Virus record (IMG/VR): IMGVR_UViG_3300024239_000011
Coordinates: 186,001 to 250,000 of that record
Direction: 5' to 3' (one strand)
DNA length: 64,000 nt
Shown here: piece by piece, positions 30,077 through 39,176 of the stretch
How the letters are laid out: each line of letters starts with the position of its first letter
How positions within the stretch are numbered: position 1 is the stretch's first letter
Program-made: the position numbers and the translations under genes
The notes under the pieces: model-generated
Databases searched by the model: none
Seen by the model: the letters and a program-made list of their open reading frames with translations, nothing else
What the model was told of the DNA's origin: nothing

Positions 30077-30082
30077 GGTTAG

Positions 30083-30937
30083 ATGAATAAATTCGCAGCT
30101 AAAACAAAAGCAATACCATACTCCGATACAGAGATAGAACGTCTTCGGGTGTTATGGGTTTCGGGTTCTATGGAAGAAATAAAAGAAGCATTTCCTAACC
30201 GCTCTTTGATTGGACTTGGACAGAAAGCTAAAAGTCTGGGTTTGGAATGTAAAGTTGAACGCGCCAGACGTGGTGATCTGTCCGTATTATTGGATAAATC
30301 ACTAACATCATTTTACTGGCTCGGTTTTATACTTGCCGATGGACATTTCACCAAAACAGGGCAATTAGTCGTTGCATTAATGGAAAAAGATAAAAATCAC
30401 CTTGAACATCTTGCTCAATACCTAAAAACAACAGTCAAATATCCATATAGGCGAGAAAAAGAATACAAAAAGAGGACATCATTAATTTCACCATCAGAAC
30501 AACAATTAAGATCAGTTGTTCGAATAACAGTACAAGACAAAGAAATAGTAGATCAGATCAATTTTTTATTAGGATTGCCATCTTCGAGAAAGACATACAA
30601 CCCTCCTACTAAGTTAGACGACTTGAATACAGACGAAATTACGGCTCTGTTTATAGGTTTCTTTGATGGGGATGGGTCATCAAGTTATAGTTCAATAGAG
30701 GGGTGTGTTCGGAAATCAGCAAGACTTGAAAATCATATTTCGTGGAAACCAGTTTTTGAAATCTTTAGAAATAACAATTTAATACACAACGCTATAACAC
30801 ACAAAAATAAGAATACCGTTTCCGGACATCCTACGAAAACTACTATGATGCGGTTATTAGCGTTCGCCACTGAGTATAAGTTACCAATTCTAATTCGGAA
30901 ATGGTCAATCTGGTTTGACGAAAGCAACTTAAACTGA
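30083..30937 (+). CDS. LAGLIDADG homing endonuclease
   Basis: YWLGFILADG and LFIGFFDGDG motifs; AT-rich island between GC-rich nadE and pncB. Confidence 0.9.
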   Translation: MNKFAAKTKAIPYSDTEIERLRVLWVSGSMEEIKEAFPNRSLIGLGQKAKSLGLECKVERARRGDLSVLLDKSLTSFYWLGFILADGHFTKTGQLVVALMEKDKNHLEHLAQYLKTTVKYPYRREKEYKKRTSLISPSEQQLRSVVRITVQDKEIVDQINFLLGLPSSRKTYNPPTKLDDLNTDEITALFIGFFDGDGSSSYSSIEGCVRKSARLENHISWKPVFEIFRNNNLIHNAITHKNKNTVSGHPTKTTMMRLLAFATEYKLPILIRKWSIWFDESNLN

Positions 30938-30966
30938 TATACTTTTGCTAATTGGAGGATCAACAC

Positions 30967-32397
30967 ATGACCAATTTTGCAGATCGTATTCTTCGTCCAG
31001 AAACGAACGATTATCCTGTTCGGAATTTGACAGATATCGATTTCTATAAATTTAGTATGGGGCAGTTCATTTTCCAAAACTACAAGGGCGTCCGCGTCCG
31101 CTTCGGTCTGATCAATCGCGAGCAGAAAATTCCGCTGGCGCGCATCGTGGATGAAGCGGAACTGCGCGCCGCGCTCGATCACATCTGCACGCTGAAGATT
31201 CGACGCACCGACCTGTCCACTCTGCGTGGTATGGACGTGTACGGGCAGAATATGTTCTCGAATGACTATCTGGCGTTCCTGGCTGATCTGCGCCTGCCGA
31301 CCTACGACCTGAAGCGAGTGGGCGATCAGTACGAACTTTTCTTCGAGTGCGAATGGGCGGAAGTCACGCTGTGGGAAACCATCGCGATGGCTGCCATCAT
31401 GGAATTGTACTATCGCGCTCTGATGCGGAAGCTGCCCAAGCGCGAACTCGAAAACATGTACGGCATGGCGGCGAACAAGCTGTACCGCAAGCTGCTGCGT
31501 ATCAAACAGCACGGCGGCATCCGCCTCGCTGATTTCGGTCAGCGTCGCCGTCACAGCTTCCTGTGGCAGCGTTACGCCATTGACATGGCGAAAGACGTGC
31601 TGGGTGAGCAGTTCACGGGTACCTCGAACACCTACATGGCGTTCGGCGCTGACTTGAATCCCATCGGTACCAACGCGAACAAACTGCCGATGGTGGTGAC
31701 CGCGCTCAAGATGATCGAGGCGCTGAAGGGCGGACTGTCCCGCGAAGACATCATCCCGCTGGTACGTGGCGCTCAATACACGGTGCTTGACCAGTGGGAG
31801 CAGATGTACGGTTCGGGTCTGCGGATCATCCTGCCCGATACCTACGGCAGCAAACAGTTCTTCGCCAACATGTCGGCTGATCAGGCGCGACGTATCGCCT
31901 TCGATTGGCGTGGCATCCGCCAGGACTCTGGCGACCCCGTGGCGGAATGCTGGATGTTCATCAACTGGCTGAAGTCGCAGGGCGTCGCCAATCCGAAGAA
32001 GGCGGGCAAGGTCTGCATTTTCTCGGACGGTCTGGACGTGAAGCTGGACGGTGCTTCGGGTGAACCCGATATCATCGAGCTTTACGAAACGTTCAAGGAC
32101 GAAATCAACACGCCGTTCGGCTGGGGTACCAACTTTACCAATGACTTCAAGGGCTGCCTGTCCTGTGCCGATGATCTGGTGCCGGGTCTGGAAGACTTGG
32201 GGCTGAAGTGGAAGGACGTGTTCAAGGGCTTCTCGCTGGTCTGTAAGGTCATCGCGGTCATCTATGACGGCATCAAGGTCGGTGCTGTGAAGCTGTCGAA
32301 CAACATTCTGAAGGCGACCGGCGCTAAGGAAGATGTGGCGGAATACATCCCCATCTACGGTGAAGACGGTCGCATTGAGCAGAAGGTCAACGTGTGA
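30967..32397 (+). CDS. pncB: Nicotinate phosphoribosyltransferase
   Basis: DIDFYKF.M.Q, TLWET, DFGQRRRHSFLWQ, GTSN, LPDTYG, R.DSGDP, IFSDGLD, FGWGTN.TND, VKLS. Confidence 0.93.
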   Translation: MTNFADRILRPETNDYPVRNLTDIDFYKFSMGQFIFQNYKGVRVRFGLINREQKIPLARIVDEAELRAALDHICTLKIRRTDLSTLRGMDVYGQNMFSNDYLAFLADLRLPTYDLKRVGDQYELFFECEWAEVTLWETIAMAAIMELYYRALMRKLPKRELENMYGMAANKLYRKLLRIKQHGGIRLADFGQRRRHSFLWQRYAIDMAKDVLGEQFTGTSNTYMAFGADLNPIGTNANKLPMVVTALKMIEALKGGLSREDIIPLVRGAQYTVLDQWEQMYGSGLRIILPDTYGSKQFFANMSADQARRIAFDWRGIRQDSGDPVAECWMFINWLKSQGVANPKKAGKVCIFSDGLDVKLDGASGEPDIIELYETFKDEINTPFGWGTNFTNDFKGCLSCADDLVPGLEDLGLKWKDVFKGFSLVCKVIAVIYDGIKVGAVKLSNNILKATGAKEDVAEYIPIYGEDGRIEQKVNV

Positions 32398-32528
32398 TGG
32401 ACGGCGAAGATTACCGTCTGGATCACTGGCTGGTGGAGCGGGGAGCAATCCCCGCTTTCGCCTCATCCTGCCCCTGCTGTAAGGCAAAAACACAACAGAA
32501 ACCCGGCTCGGAACCCGAGCAGAAAACA

Positions 32529-33473
32529 CTAAACAATAATACCCCTCTCTACTAAAATTTGGTAGAATTTGTGCTTGTGGGGATACAATATTCTTATTAA
32601 TTCTATACCATTATTAGCACAATACTTTGTTTTCACATCATCGCGGTATTGCGTATCACGTAAAGATTTTTCCCCTCCCCAATGACCGACAGGGCGGAAA
32701 TGTTGTGCTCCATCATACTCAATAACGGTATGAATACTTGGTAAATAAAAATCAAATCGTAACGGATATCCCGTTGATGGGTTTCGACAATCATCAAATG
32801 TTTTTTGAAAAACATACGCAATATTATTATCATCCAATATTCTCATAAGGCGAATTTCCGCCACAGAACTACTTTTACATTTAGGGCACCCATTCCCGTT
32901 TAAATGATGTCGTGGCGTTTGTTCAAAAATACCGTGATGCGGGCAGTCTATTTGCACCCTTGTATAATCATTTACGTATGACACATAGGAATAGTTGTAA
33001 AACTGCCCATGTATCACGTTGGCTCTTTTACCAAATATTTCAGCCGTTAAAGATTGTTTCTGCGCAGTTTTACGATCACCACATCGGGGACAACCATATC
33101 CATGTGAATGATTATCGGGTGATTGTTCGAAAACACCATGTAACGGGCATTTTATTTTTACTTTTGTGCGTGCATTCTTATACTCCACAAGGTCATATTG
33201 ATAAAACCCTTCATGAATGCTCGTAGATTTGTTGATAAACTCAATTGATTTCTTTTCTATATTTTTCCCTTTATTGCGCACACTACTAGCACAGCGAGGA
33301 CAACCTTGACCTTGTAGATGATTATCAGGTCTTTGAGTAAATTCGCCGTGTACCCGACATGTAATTACCACCGGGGTCTTATTGTTGATGTAGTTAGACT
33401 TATCATAGCTATATTTGCCGTCATGAACAGATAGTGCCAACCCAACAAACCATTCAGTATCCCGTTTTTGCAT
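32529..33473 (-). CDS. Free-standing homing-type endonuclease (Zn-finger repeats plus Vsr-like nuclease)
   Basis: Three H...Y.Y....Y....V.I.C..HG.F.Q.P..H..G.GCP.C repeats; LRFDFYLP...IEYDG.QH. Confidence 0.8.
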   Translation of the reverse strand: MQKRDTEWFVGLALSVHDGKYSYDKSNYINNKTPVVITCRVHGEFTQRPDNHLQGQGCPRCASSVRNKGKNIEKKSIEFINKSTSIHEGFYQYDLVEYKNARTKVKIKCPLHGVFEQSPDNHSHGYGCPRCGDRKTAQKQSLTAEIFGKRANVIHGQFYNYSYVSYVNDYTRVQIDCPHHGIFEQTPRHHLNGNGCPKCKSSSVAEIRLMRILDDNNIAYVFQKTFDDCRNPSTGYPLRFDFYLPSIHTVIEYDGAQHFRPVGHWGGEKSLRDTQYRDDVKTKYCANNGIELIRILYPHKHKFYQILVERGIIV

Positions 33474-33543
33474 AGTTGCCTCACAAACCATCATGTGCTA
33501 TTATTTAGCAAAATTAGCACATGACAGTTCAAAAGGTCGCCAC

Positions 33544-34884
33544 ATGTCTTCCCGCGCCAACACTGATTACACGTTTTTTTGGAAATCCGATTCGCCTTTC
33601 AGCAATTGGCATCCATCTGAATTTGTATTGCCATTCCCTTGGCATTTAATCGATCTCACACGGGGTAATGCGATTCACCGTCCAGCGGTGAAGGCACTAT
33701 TCTCCATGGGCATCACTTTTGATGATCTCAAGTTCAACTGTGTTGAAAAATATATGATGTTCGCCAAAAGTCTTCTCATGGGCGATTATATCACTGCTGC
33801 TAAAATTCTCAAAGAAACTCGCCCAAATGAATTAAAACGATTGGGGCGGGAAGTATCGCCGTGGAACGAAGAATTATGGATCGAACATCGTTTTAATATC
33901 GTGTTCGACGCATGTTGGGCGAAATTCACCCAGAATGAGCATCTACGTGATGAAATGCTTAGCACGGGAACTACAAAATTTGCGGAGGCGAGTCCCAAGG
34001 ATGCTATTTGGGGTCTTGGTATTTCCGTTGACGATCCACGCATTAATACGCCAGCCGTATGGACCGGTTTAAATCTTCTCGGGCAGGTTCTTGACAAGGT
34101 GAAAGCTCGCCTGCGCACCCAACCGGTGATCAAGCGCAAGATTCTGCCCTGGATGTCCGTCCAGAAGCGGGAACCGCGTGTCGCCCTAATGGTCGGACGG
34201 TTCCAGCCACTTCACCGTGCGCACTGCATGGTCATCGAGCGCATGCTTCAGGACAATGACGTGGTGATCATTGGTATCGGGTCGGCGCAGGAATCCAAAA
34301 CCCAACGCAACCCGTATCACGCCGAAATCCGCATGGCGATGCTGAAAAACGTTTTCGGCAACCGTATCGTGACCATGCCGTTGCGTGACTTGGGGTCGGG
34401 GGTTCACACCCAGGAATGGATTACCAACGTCATCGGTAAATGCCATGAAATGCGCCTACCGACGCCCAATCGCTACTACTGCGGATGCCATGACGATTCG
34501 CTCTGGTACCAGGGCTACTTCAGTGGCACCAACCCGAAGAAAATCGAGGTTGGTGACATGGTGAAATACGTCCACACCAGCGAAGACCGGGAACTGATCA
34601 TCCTCGAACGGACGATGAATCACTACCCGAGCGCCACGCGCATCCGTGAGTACATGAACCTGCGAATGGAAGACTGGAAGTGGTGGATTCCCGAGGTCAA
34701 CCACGTCCTAGTGGAAGCTAACTATCCAGCGCAGTTCCGCACCGCGCTGGAAGTCGAAGACTTCAGCGAGTTCACCGATATCCAACCGGAAGGTACGTTT
34801 GTGTACCAACCGACCAATGGCGAAATCTATCAAAAAATCAATGGTGTCTACCAGCCCAAGCGCGAATCGGTGGTCATCGAGTAG
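33544..34884 (+). CDS. NADAR domain fused to NadM-type NMN/NaMN adenylyltransferase
   Basis: FSNW, E.YMM..K, K.LGR.V, KF.QN..L...L.TG...EASP.D.IWG.G...G.NLLG (NADAR); GRFQPLH.AH...IGIGSAQ...RNP...R..M, SAT.IR (cytidylyltransferase-like). Confidence 0.88.
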   Translation: MSSRANTDYTFFWKSDSPFSNWHPSEFVLPFPWHLIDLTRGNAIHRPAVKALFSMGITFDDLKFNCVEKYMMFAKSLLMGDYITAAKILKETRPNELKRLGREVSPWNEELWIEHRFNIVFDACWAKFTQNEHLRDEMLSTGTTKFAEASPKDAIWGLGISVDDPRINTPAVWTGLNLLGQVLDKVKARLRTQPVIKRKILPWMSVQKREPRVALMVGRFQPLHRAHCMVIERMLQDNDVVIIGIGSAQESKTQRNPYHAEIRMAMLKNVFGNRIVTMPLRDLGSGVHTQEWITNVIGKCHEMRLPTPNRYYCGCHDDSLWYQGYFSGTNPKKIEVGDMVKYVHTSEDRELIILERTMNHYPSATRIREYMNLRMEDWKWWIPEVNHVLVEANYPAQFRTALEVEDFSEFTDIQPEGTFVYQPTNGEIYQKINGVYQPKRESVVIE

Positions 34885-34929
34885 TAAATGGGGCGGGAAT
34901 TATCCCGCCCCAAATTATGAGAACAAAAC

Positions 34930-35277
34930 ATGACACAAGTTGCTCTGTATCAAGGGTTCCCGGTTTCCAAGGATGGTTCTGTCGAGGGCGAACTTCCGCC
35001 AGATGTGAAATCGCGTTTTCCATCGGACCCTGATAATATCGACAATTACGATCTGGTACAGGCAGGTTACGAAGTCGTTATTCTATGTATTGATGAAGAC
35101 TCTGATTTCCCCATTGACGATGAGGAAGATCGGAATGAAGAAGGCGAAATTTATCTCGACGTAGCCCTTCAATGGTGCCCGGAACCTCCACCCGGTGAAG
35201 GTTGGAAATTGGCATGGAAAACCCCTCACGGGGATGATTGGAACGTCGTTTGGTGGAGAAAGAAAAATGACAGTTAA
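34930..35277 (+). CDS. Acidic hypothetical protein
   Basis: 115-aa ORF overlapping the next start. Confidence 0.55.
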   Translation: MTQVALYQGFPVSKDGSVEGELPPDVKSRFPSDPDNIDNYDLVQAGYEVVILCIDEDSDFPIDDEEDRNEEGEIYLDVALQWCPEPPPGEGWKLAWKTPHGDDWNVVWWRKKNDS

Positions 35278-36133
35278 AGATCGAGCAATAGGCTCATTTA
35301 TTGGTTTGGCTATTGGCGATGCCCTCGGCACCCCAGCAGAATTCAAGATGCCCGGCGAATTCGAACCCATCACTGGAATGCGCGGTGGTGGGGCTTTTCG
35401 TTTGAACCCTGGCGAATGGACCGACGATACCAGTATGGCGTTGTGTATTGCGTATTCACTGTCCGACAAAGGTGATTTTGTCCCGTCTGATATCATGAAA
35501 CGGTTTGTGAACTGGTGGCAGCACGGCTACGCTTCCCACAACGGGCGCTGCTTTGATATTGGTACCACCACCCGCAAAGCCCTTCAGCGGTTCATAAAGA
35601 CCGGTGAAACGTCAATGCCGGATACAGACCCGATGGCGTCTGGAAACGGCGCCATCATGCGATTCTCACCCATCGCCACGTTCTATCACGACAACATCGA
35701 CCGCATGGTTGAGGTGGCAATTTCCCAGGCAATGATGACCCATCCAACCCCCGAGTCTATTCGGGAGGCGGAAACCTTTGCCCGCATCATTCACGGGGCA
35801 ATGCACGGCAAGACGAAGGAAGAACTTATCGACTGCGAGAAATTCAAGAAAATCCCGGCTGATATGGTCCCGGCAACTGGTTACGTTGTGCATACGATGT
35901 TTGCTGCACAATGGGCAGTTGCCAATTCGGATAATTTCTGCGATGCTCTACTCAAGGCAGTAAACCTAGGGGATGATGCTGATACCGTTGGTGCGGTTAC
36001 CGGTCAAATTGCCGGTGCATTGTACGGCGTCTCTACAATCCCCAACGAATGGCTGTCGGTGCTTGCATGGCGCGAACAATTGTTCGATCTGGCGGAAAAA
36101 CTATACTCAGGTCAACCCAACAACGACATGTGA
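35267..36133 (+). CDS. ADP-ribosylglycohydrolase (DraG/ARH family)
   Basis: GLAIGDALG...EF, GEWTDDT, FDIG, SGNGAIMR, VNLGDDADT.GA. Confidence 0.95.
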   Translation: MTVKDRAIGSFIGLAIGDALGTPAEFKMPGEFEPITGMRGGGAFRLNPGEWTDDTSMALCIAYSLSDKGDFVPSDIMKRFVNWWQHGYASHNGRCFDIGTTTRKALQRFIKTGETSMPDTDPMASGNGAIMRFSPIATFYHDNIDRMVEVAISQAMMTHPTPESIREAETFARIIHGAMHGKTKEELIDCEKFKKIPADMVPATGYVVHTMFAAQWAVANSDNFCDALLKAVNLGDDADTVGAVTGQIAGALYGVSTIPNEWLSVLAWREQLFDLAEKLYSGQPNNDM

Positions 36134-36137
36134 AATA

Positions 36138-36455
36138 ATGGCAAAACATAAACATATTTTTTACGCAAATGAAGACGAAGGAATGATTGATCTTCTTGAG
36201 TTTTTTGGTTGTTATGAGGATATCGAGCATATTTTCGATATCGAAATAGCTTGCGCAGAAAAAGACGGAACCCCGCTATTTCATAAAGATAATCCAAATG
36301 GATTTCATGAAGAATATGATGGAGTTGTATTAGACACTATCTTCAGAAATGCGGACACCAAAGTAATTCATAGGCTTGGAATCAAGGGTTATAAATTTCA
36401 AGTAACGTATGATGATGAAACCGAAGAATTTATTAATGCGAAAATATCCAGATAA
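36138..36455 (+). CDS. Hypothetical protein
   Basis: AT-rich ORF from ATG 36138. Confidence 0.5.
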   Translation: MAKHKHIFYANEDEGMIDLLEFFGCYEDIEHIFDIEIACAEKDGTPLFHKDNPNGFHEEYDGVVLDTIFRNADTKVIHRLGIKGYKFQVTYDDETEEFINAKISR

Positions 36456-36569
36456 CCACTTGCCCAACAATTGAAGGAGACGGTTCATCCTCGTTCCGTC
36501 GGGTTTGATGTTGTTAGAGCAACATCAAACCCCGCTTGTATATTTATCTCGAACGAAAGGGGGCGCGTT

Positions 36570-37086
36570 ATGGCACGGATTGCCGTTTACGCGGGAAGTT
36601 TTCGACCCGATTACCTATGGTCATTTCGACATGATCGAGCGTGCGTTGCCGCTGTTCGACCGGCTGCATGTCACAATTGCGGTCAATCCCGATAAGGATA
36701 GCGGGCTACTCTCGCTCACGGAACGTCGCGAACTGATCGAAGCATGGCTCGCCACCAAAGACTTCAAGGACAAAGTGGTGGTGGTCGATGCGGTCAAGGG
36801 AATGTTGGTAAAGCATTGCCGCCATATTGGCGCCCATTTCATCGTGCGCGGATTGCGTGCGGTATCGGACTTCGATTATGAATTTCAGGTCTACGGCATC
36901 AACCGTGATCAGGCACCAGACATCCAAACCATCTGGTTCCCTGCGTCGCCCGAATTCATGTTCGTGTCCTCGAAAACGGTCAAGGGCATCTTTAAGAGCG
37001 GTGCCGACATCAGCAAGTACGTTCCGCCCCTCGTGGAACAGAAAATGCGCGAGCGCATTCAACAGACTACCTACGAGGTGGTATAA
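36570..37086 (+). CDS. coaD: Phosphopantetheine adenylyltransferase, split by a +1 frame change at ~36600
   Basis: MARIAVYAGSF (frame 0) joins FDPITYGH (frame +1); IVRGLRAVSDFDYE, FVSS..VK. Confidence 0.88.
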
Positions 37087-37098
37087 GGACTACGGATT

Positions 37099-37887
37099 AT
37101 GCTGGACAATCTTCTCTACCAAGAAAAGCTTCTGAGCCTTGAAGAGGAACAGGCGCTTACCAACCGTATGAATGACAAGAAGGCGTTCGACACGCTGATA
37201 TTGGCACATGCGCCCTTGGTCGGGAAGATTGCGCGTAATTTCAAGGGCTATAATCTGCCCATGGACGACCTCATTTCCTGCGGGTTCACTGGACTTGTTT
37301 ACGCTGCCCATCGGTTCGATCCGACCCGTGGCGCTCGGTTCGCAACCTATGTAGAAGACCGCATTCGTTACGAAATTGCCGAATACGTTCTTAAAAACCT
37401 GCGACTGATGCGAGTGGATGTATCAGGTGCGCATCGGAAGTGCTTCTACGCAATTTCCCGTATGCGTCGAAAACATAACATACTTCGTTTCACCGAAGAA
37501 AATGCCGGTCCCGCAGCCGAGGAACTTGGGGTGGAACCCCGTATCCTTGTGGATATGGAGGATCGACTTCAGGCGGTTACTTCACTTGACACCCCTGTGA
37601 AAGATGGTAGTTCCACCACCCTAGCCGACCTTCTGGTAGACGGTTCGACCATGACGACCGTGGAAGACAATCTTGCTGAACGCCAGGAATACAACCAACA
37701 GTGGTGCTGGGTTCAAGAAGCCATCACTACGCTGAATGACCGAGAACAAGACATCATCCGTCAACGCAAATTGATGGATGAACCGCCTACCTTAAATGAA
37801 TTGGCGGTGAAGTATAACGTTTCGTCGCAGCGTATCCGCCAACTCGAAACACGTGCGATGGAAAAAATCATCAGCTATTGCATTTAA
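37099..37887 (+). CDS. RpoH-like sigma-70 family factor
   Basis: LV.KIA..F.GY.LP..DLI..G..GL..A..RFDP.RG.RFATY; LNDREQDII..R...P.TL.ELA..Y.VS.QRIRQLE.RA. Confidence 0.9.
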   Translation: MLDNLLYQEKLLSLEEEQALTNRMNDKKAFDTLILAHAPLVGKIARNFKGYNLPMDDLISCGFTGLVYAAHRFDPTRGARFATYVEDRIRYEIAEYVLKNLRLMRVDVSGAHRKCFYAISRMRRKHNILRFTEENAGPAAEELGVEPRILVDMEDRLQAVTSLDTPVKDGSSTTLADLLVDGSTMTTVEDNLAERQEYNQQWCWVQEAITTLNDREQDIIRQRKLMDEPPTLNELAVKYNVSSQRIRQLETRAMEKIISYCI

Positions 37888-37897
37888 AGGTGTTCCA

Positions 37898-38953
37898 ATG
37901 AGAATTCTCCTAGTACGGCATGGTGAATCCGCTGCCAACGCCAACAAAGACCTCCACGCCAGCATGGCGGATCACGACATCCCGCTATCCGAGCGTGGTT
38001 TGTTGCAGGCGACCGAAGCAGGTAAATTCCTAAACGCATTCTTGAACGAACGTTTGCGTGCTGAAAAAGATATGGGAACGTTTGCGTTAGAAGCATTTGG
38101 GATGAAATCGCCTCTTGGTGATGGGCTTAAATTACCCAAAGTCCGGCTATGGAATAGTCCCTATCGGCGTACACGACAAACGGCGAAGAATATCCTCGCT
38201 CAAATTACACCGAGCGAATTCAACATCGATCAACGTGAAAACAGCCGTTTATGCGAGCAGCAATTTGGGTTGTTCGATGGTATTCCCGATGATGAACGTC
38301 ATCTCCATTTCCCGGACGAAGCCGCACACTATAAAAAGTGTGAGGACCACGGCGGGCATTATTGGGCACGTATGCCGTTGGGCGAGAGCCGGTTCGACGT
38401 GGGCAACCGCGTATATCAATTCTTTGGTAGCGTCCACCGCGATAGCGAAAAACACGGCATCGACACGATCATCGTGATCTGTCACGGCATCACCTTGCGG
38501 GTATTTGTTCAGGAATGGCTCCATTTGTCCCCGGAATGGGTCAATGCCGAACCGAACCCAGATAATTGTTGGGTCCGCTATCTCAGCCAGGGAGAGGATG
38601 ACACTCATGGGCGTCCCGGTAATTGGATCGACCATGGCTATATTTTCACTGGGGAAGGACAGTCCGGTCTTTGGCCAAAACAACGAGCGCCACGCCACGG
38701 ACATCCATGCACGGGCGAATGCAATGGCGCTGCCACTTGGTCATCCAATGGCTGCGGTGCCTGTGGGATCACCGAACACGAGAACGAAACCTGGGAACAG
38801 ATGTCTACCCAGGAACGGTCCCGTATTTTCGCGGACATCACCCTTCGTGATATTACCCCGGCATTGAAAGCGTGTGGGACGTGTCGGTTCCAAGAGGGGT
38901 GTAGCAAGCCGGAAAAACGGGACAATTACTGCAACGAATGGGCAGCATCATGA
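37898..38953 (+). CDS. Histidine phosphatase with Cys-rich C-terminal extension
   Basis: LVRHGES, SPY.RT.QT, L.EQ.FG, GES, CHG. Confidence 0.9.
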   Translation: MRILLVRHGESAANANKDLHASMADHDIPLSERGLLQATEAGKFLNAFLNERLRAEKDMGTFALEAFGMKSPLGDGLKLPKVRLWNSPYRRTRQTAKNILAQITPSEFNIDQRENSRLCEQQFGLFDGIPDDERHLHFPDEAAHYKKCEDHGGHYWARMPLGESRFDVGNRVYQFFGSVHRDSEKHGIDTIIVICHGITLRVFVQEWLHLSPEWVNAEPNPDNCWVRYLSQGEDDTHGRPGNWIDHGYIFTGEGQSGLWPKQRAPRHGHPCTGECNGAATWSSNGCGACGITEHENETWEQMSTQERSRIFADITLRDITPALKACGTCRFQEGCSKPEKRDNYCNEWAAS

Positions 38954-39176
38954 CCGAGAAACCGTTCGTCAGCAGATGTTGTGAGGGCGAGGAATGTTCT
39001 TGCGGTGCGCCTGCTGAACATAAAGTCGAAGAAGTCATCTTCTACGACGACCCGCACCAGCAACGTCACCCGTTCACCGCATACGTTTGCCACAAATGTT
39101 TCGTCCACATCATGGGCAACGCGGCAAAACGTCCCGAAGAGCTATAAACGGAAAGGGCGGCAATTTGCCGCCCTTT

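Noticed and set aside
30019-30966. Group I intron or intein hosting the endonucleases
   Set aside because: Flanking genes are complete, the intergenic space is too short for a ribozyme core, and no intein termini are present; the nucleases are free-standing.
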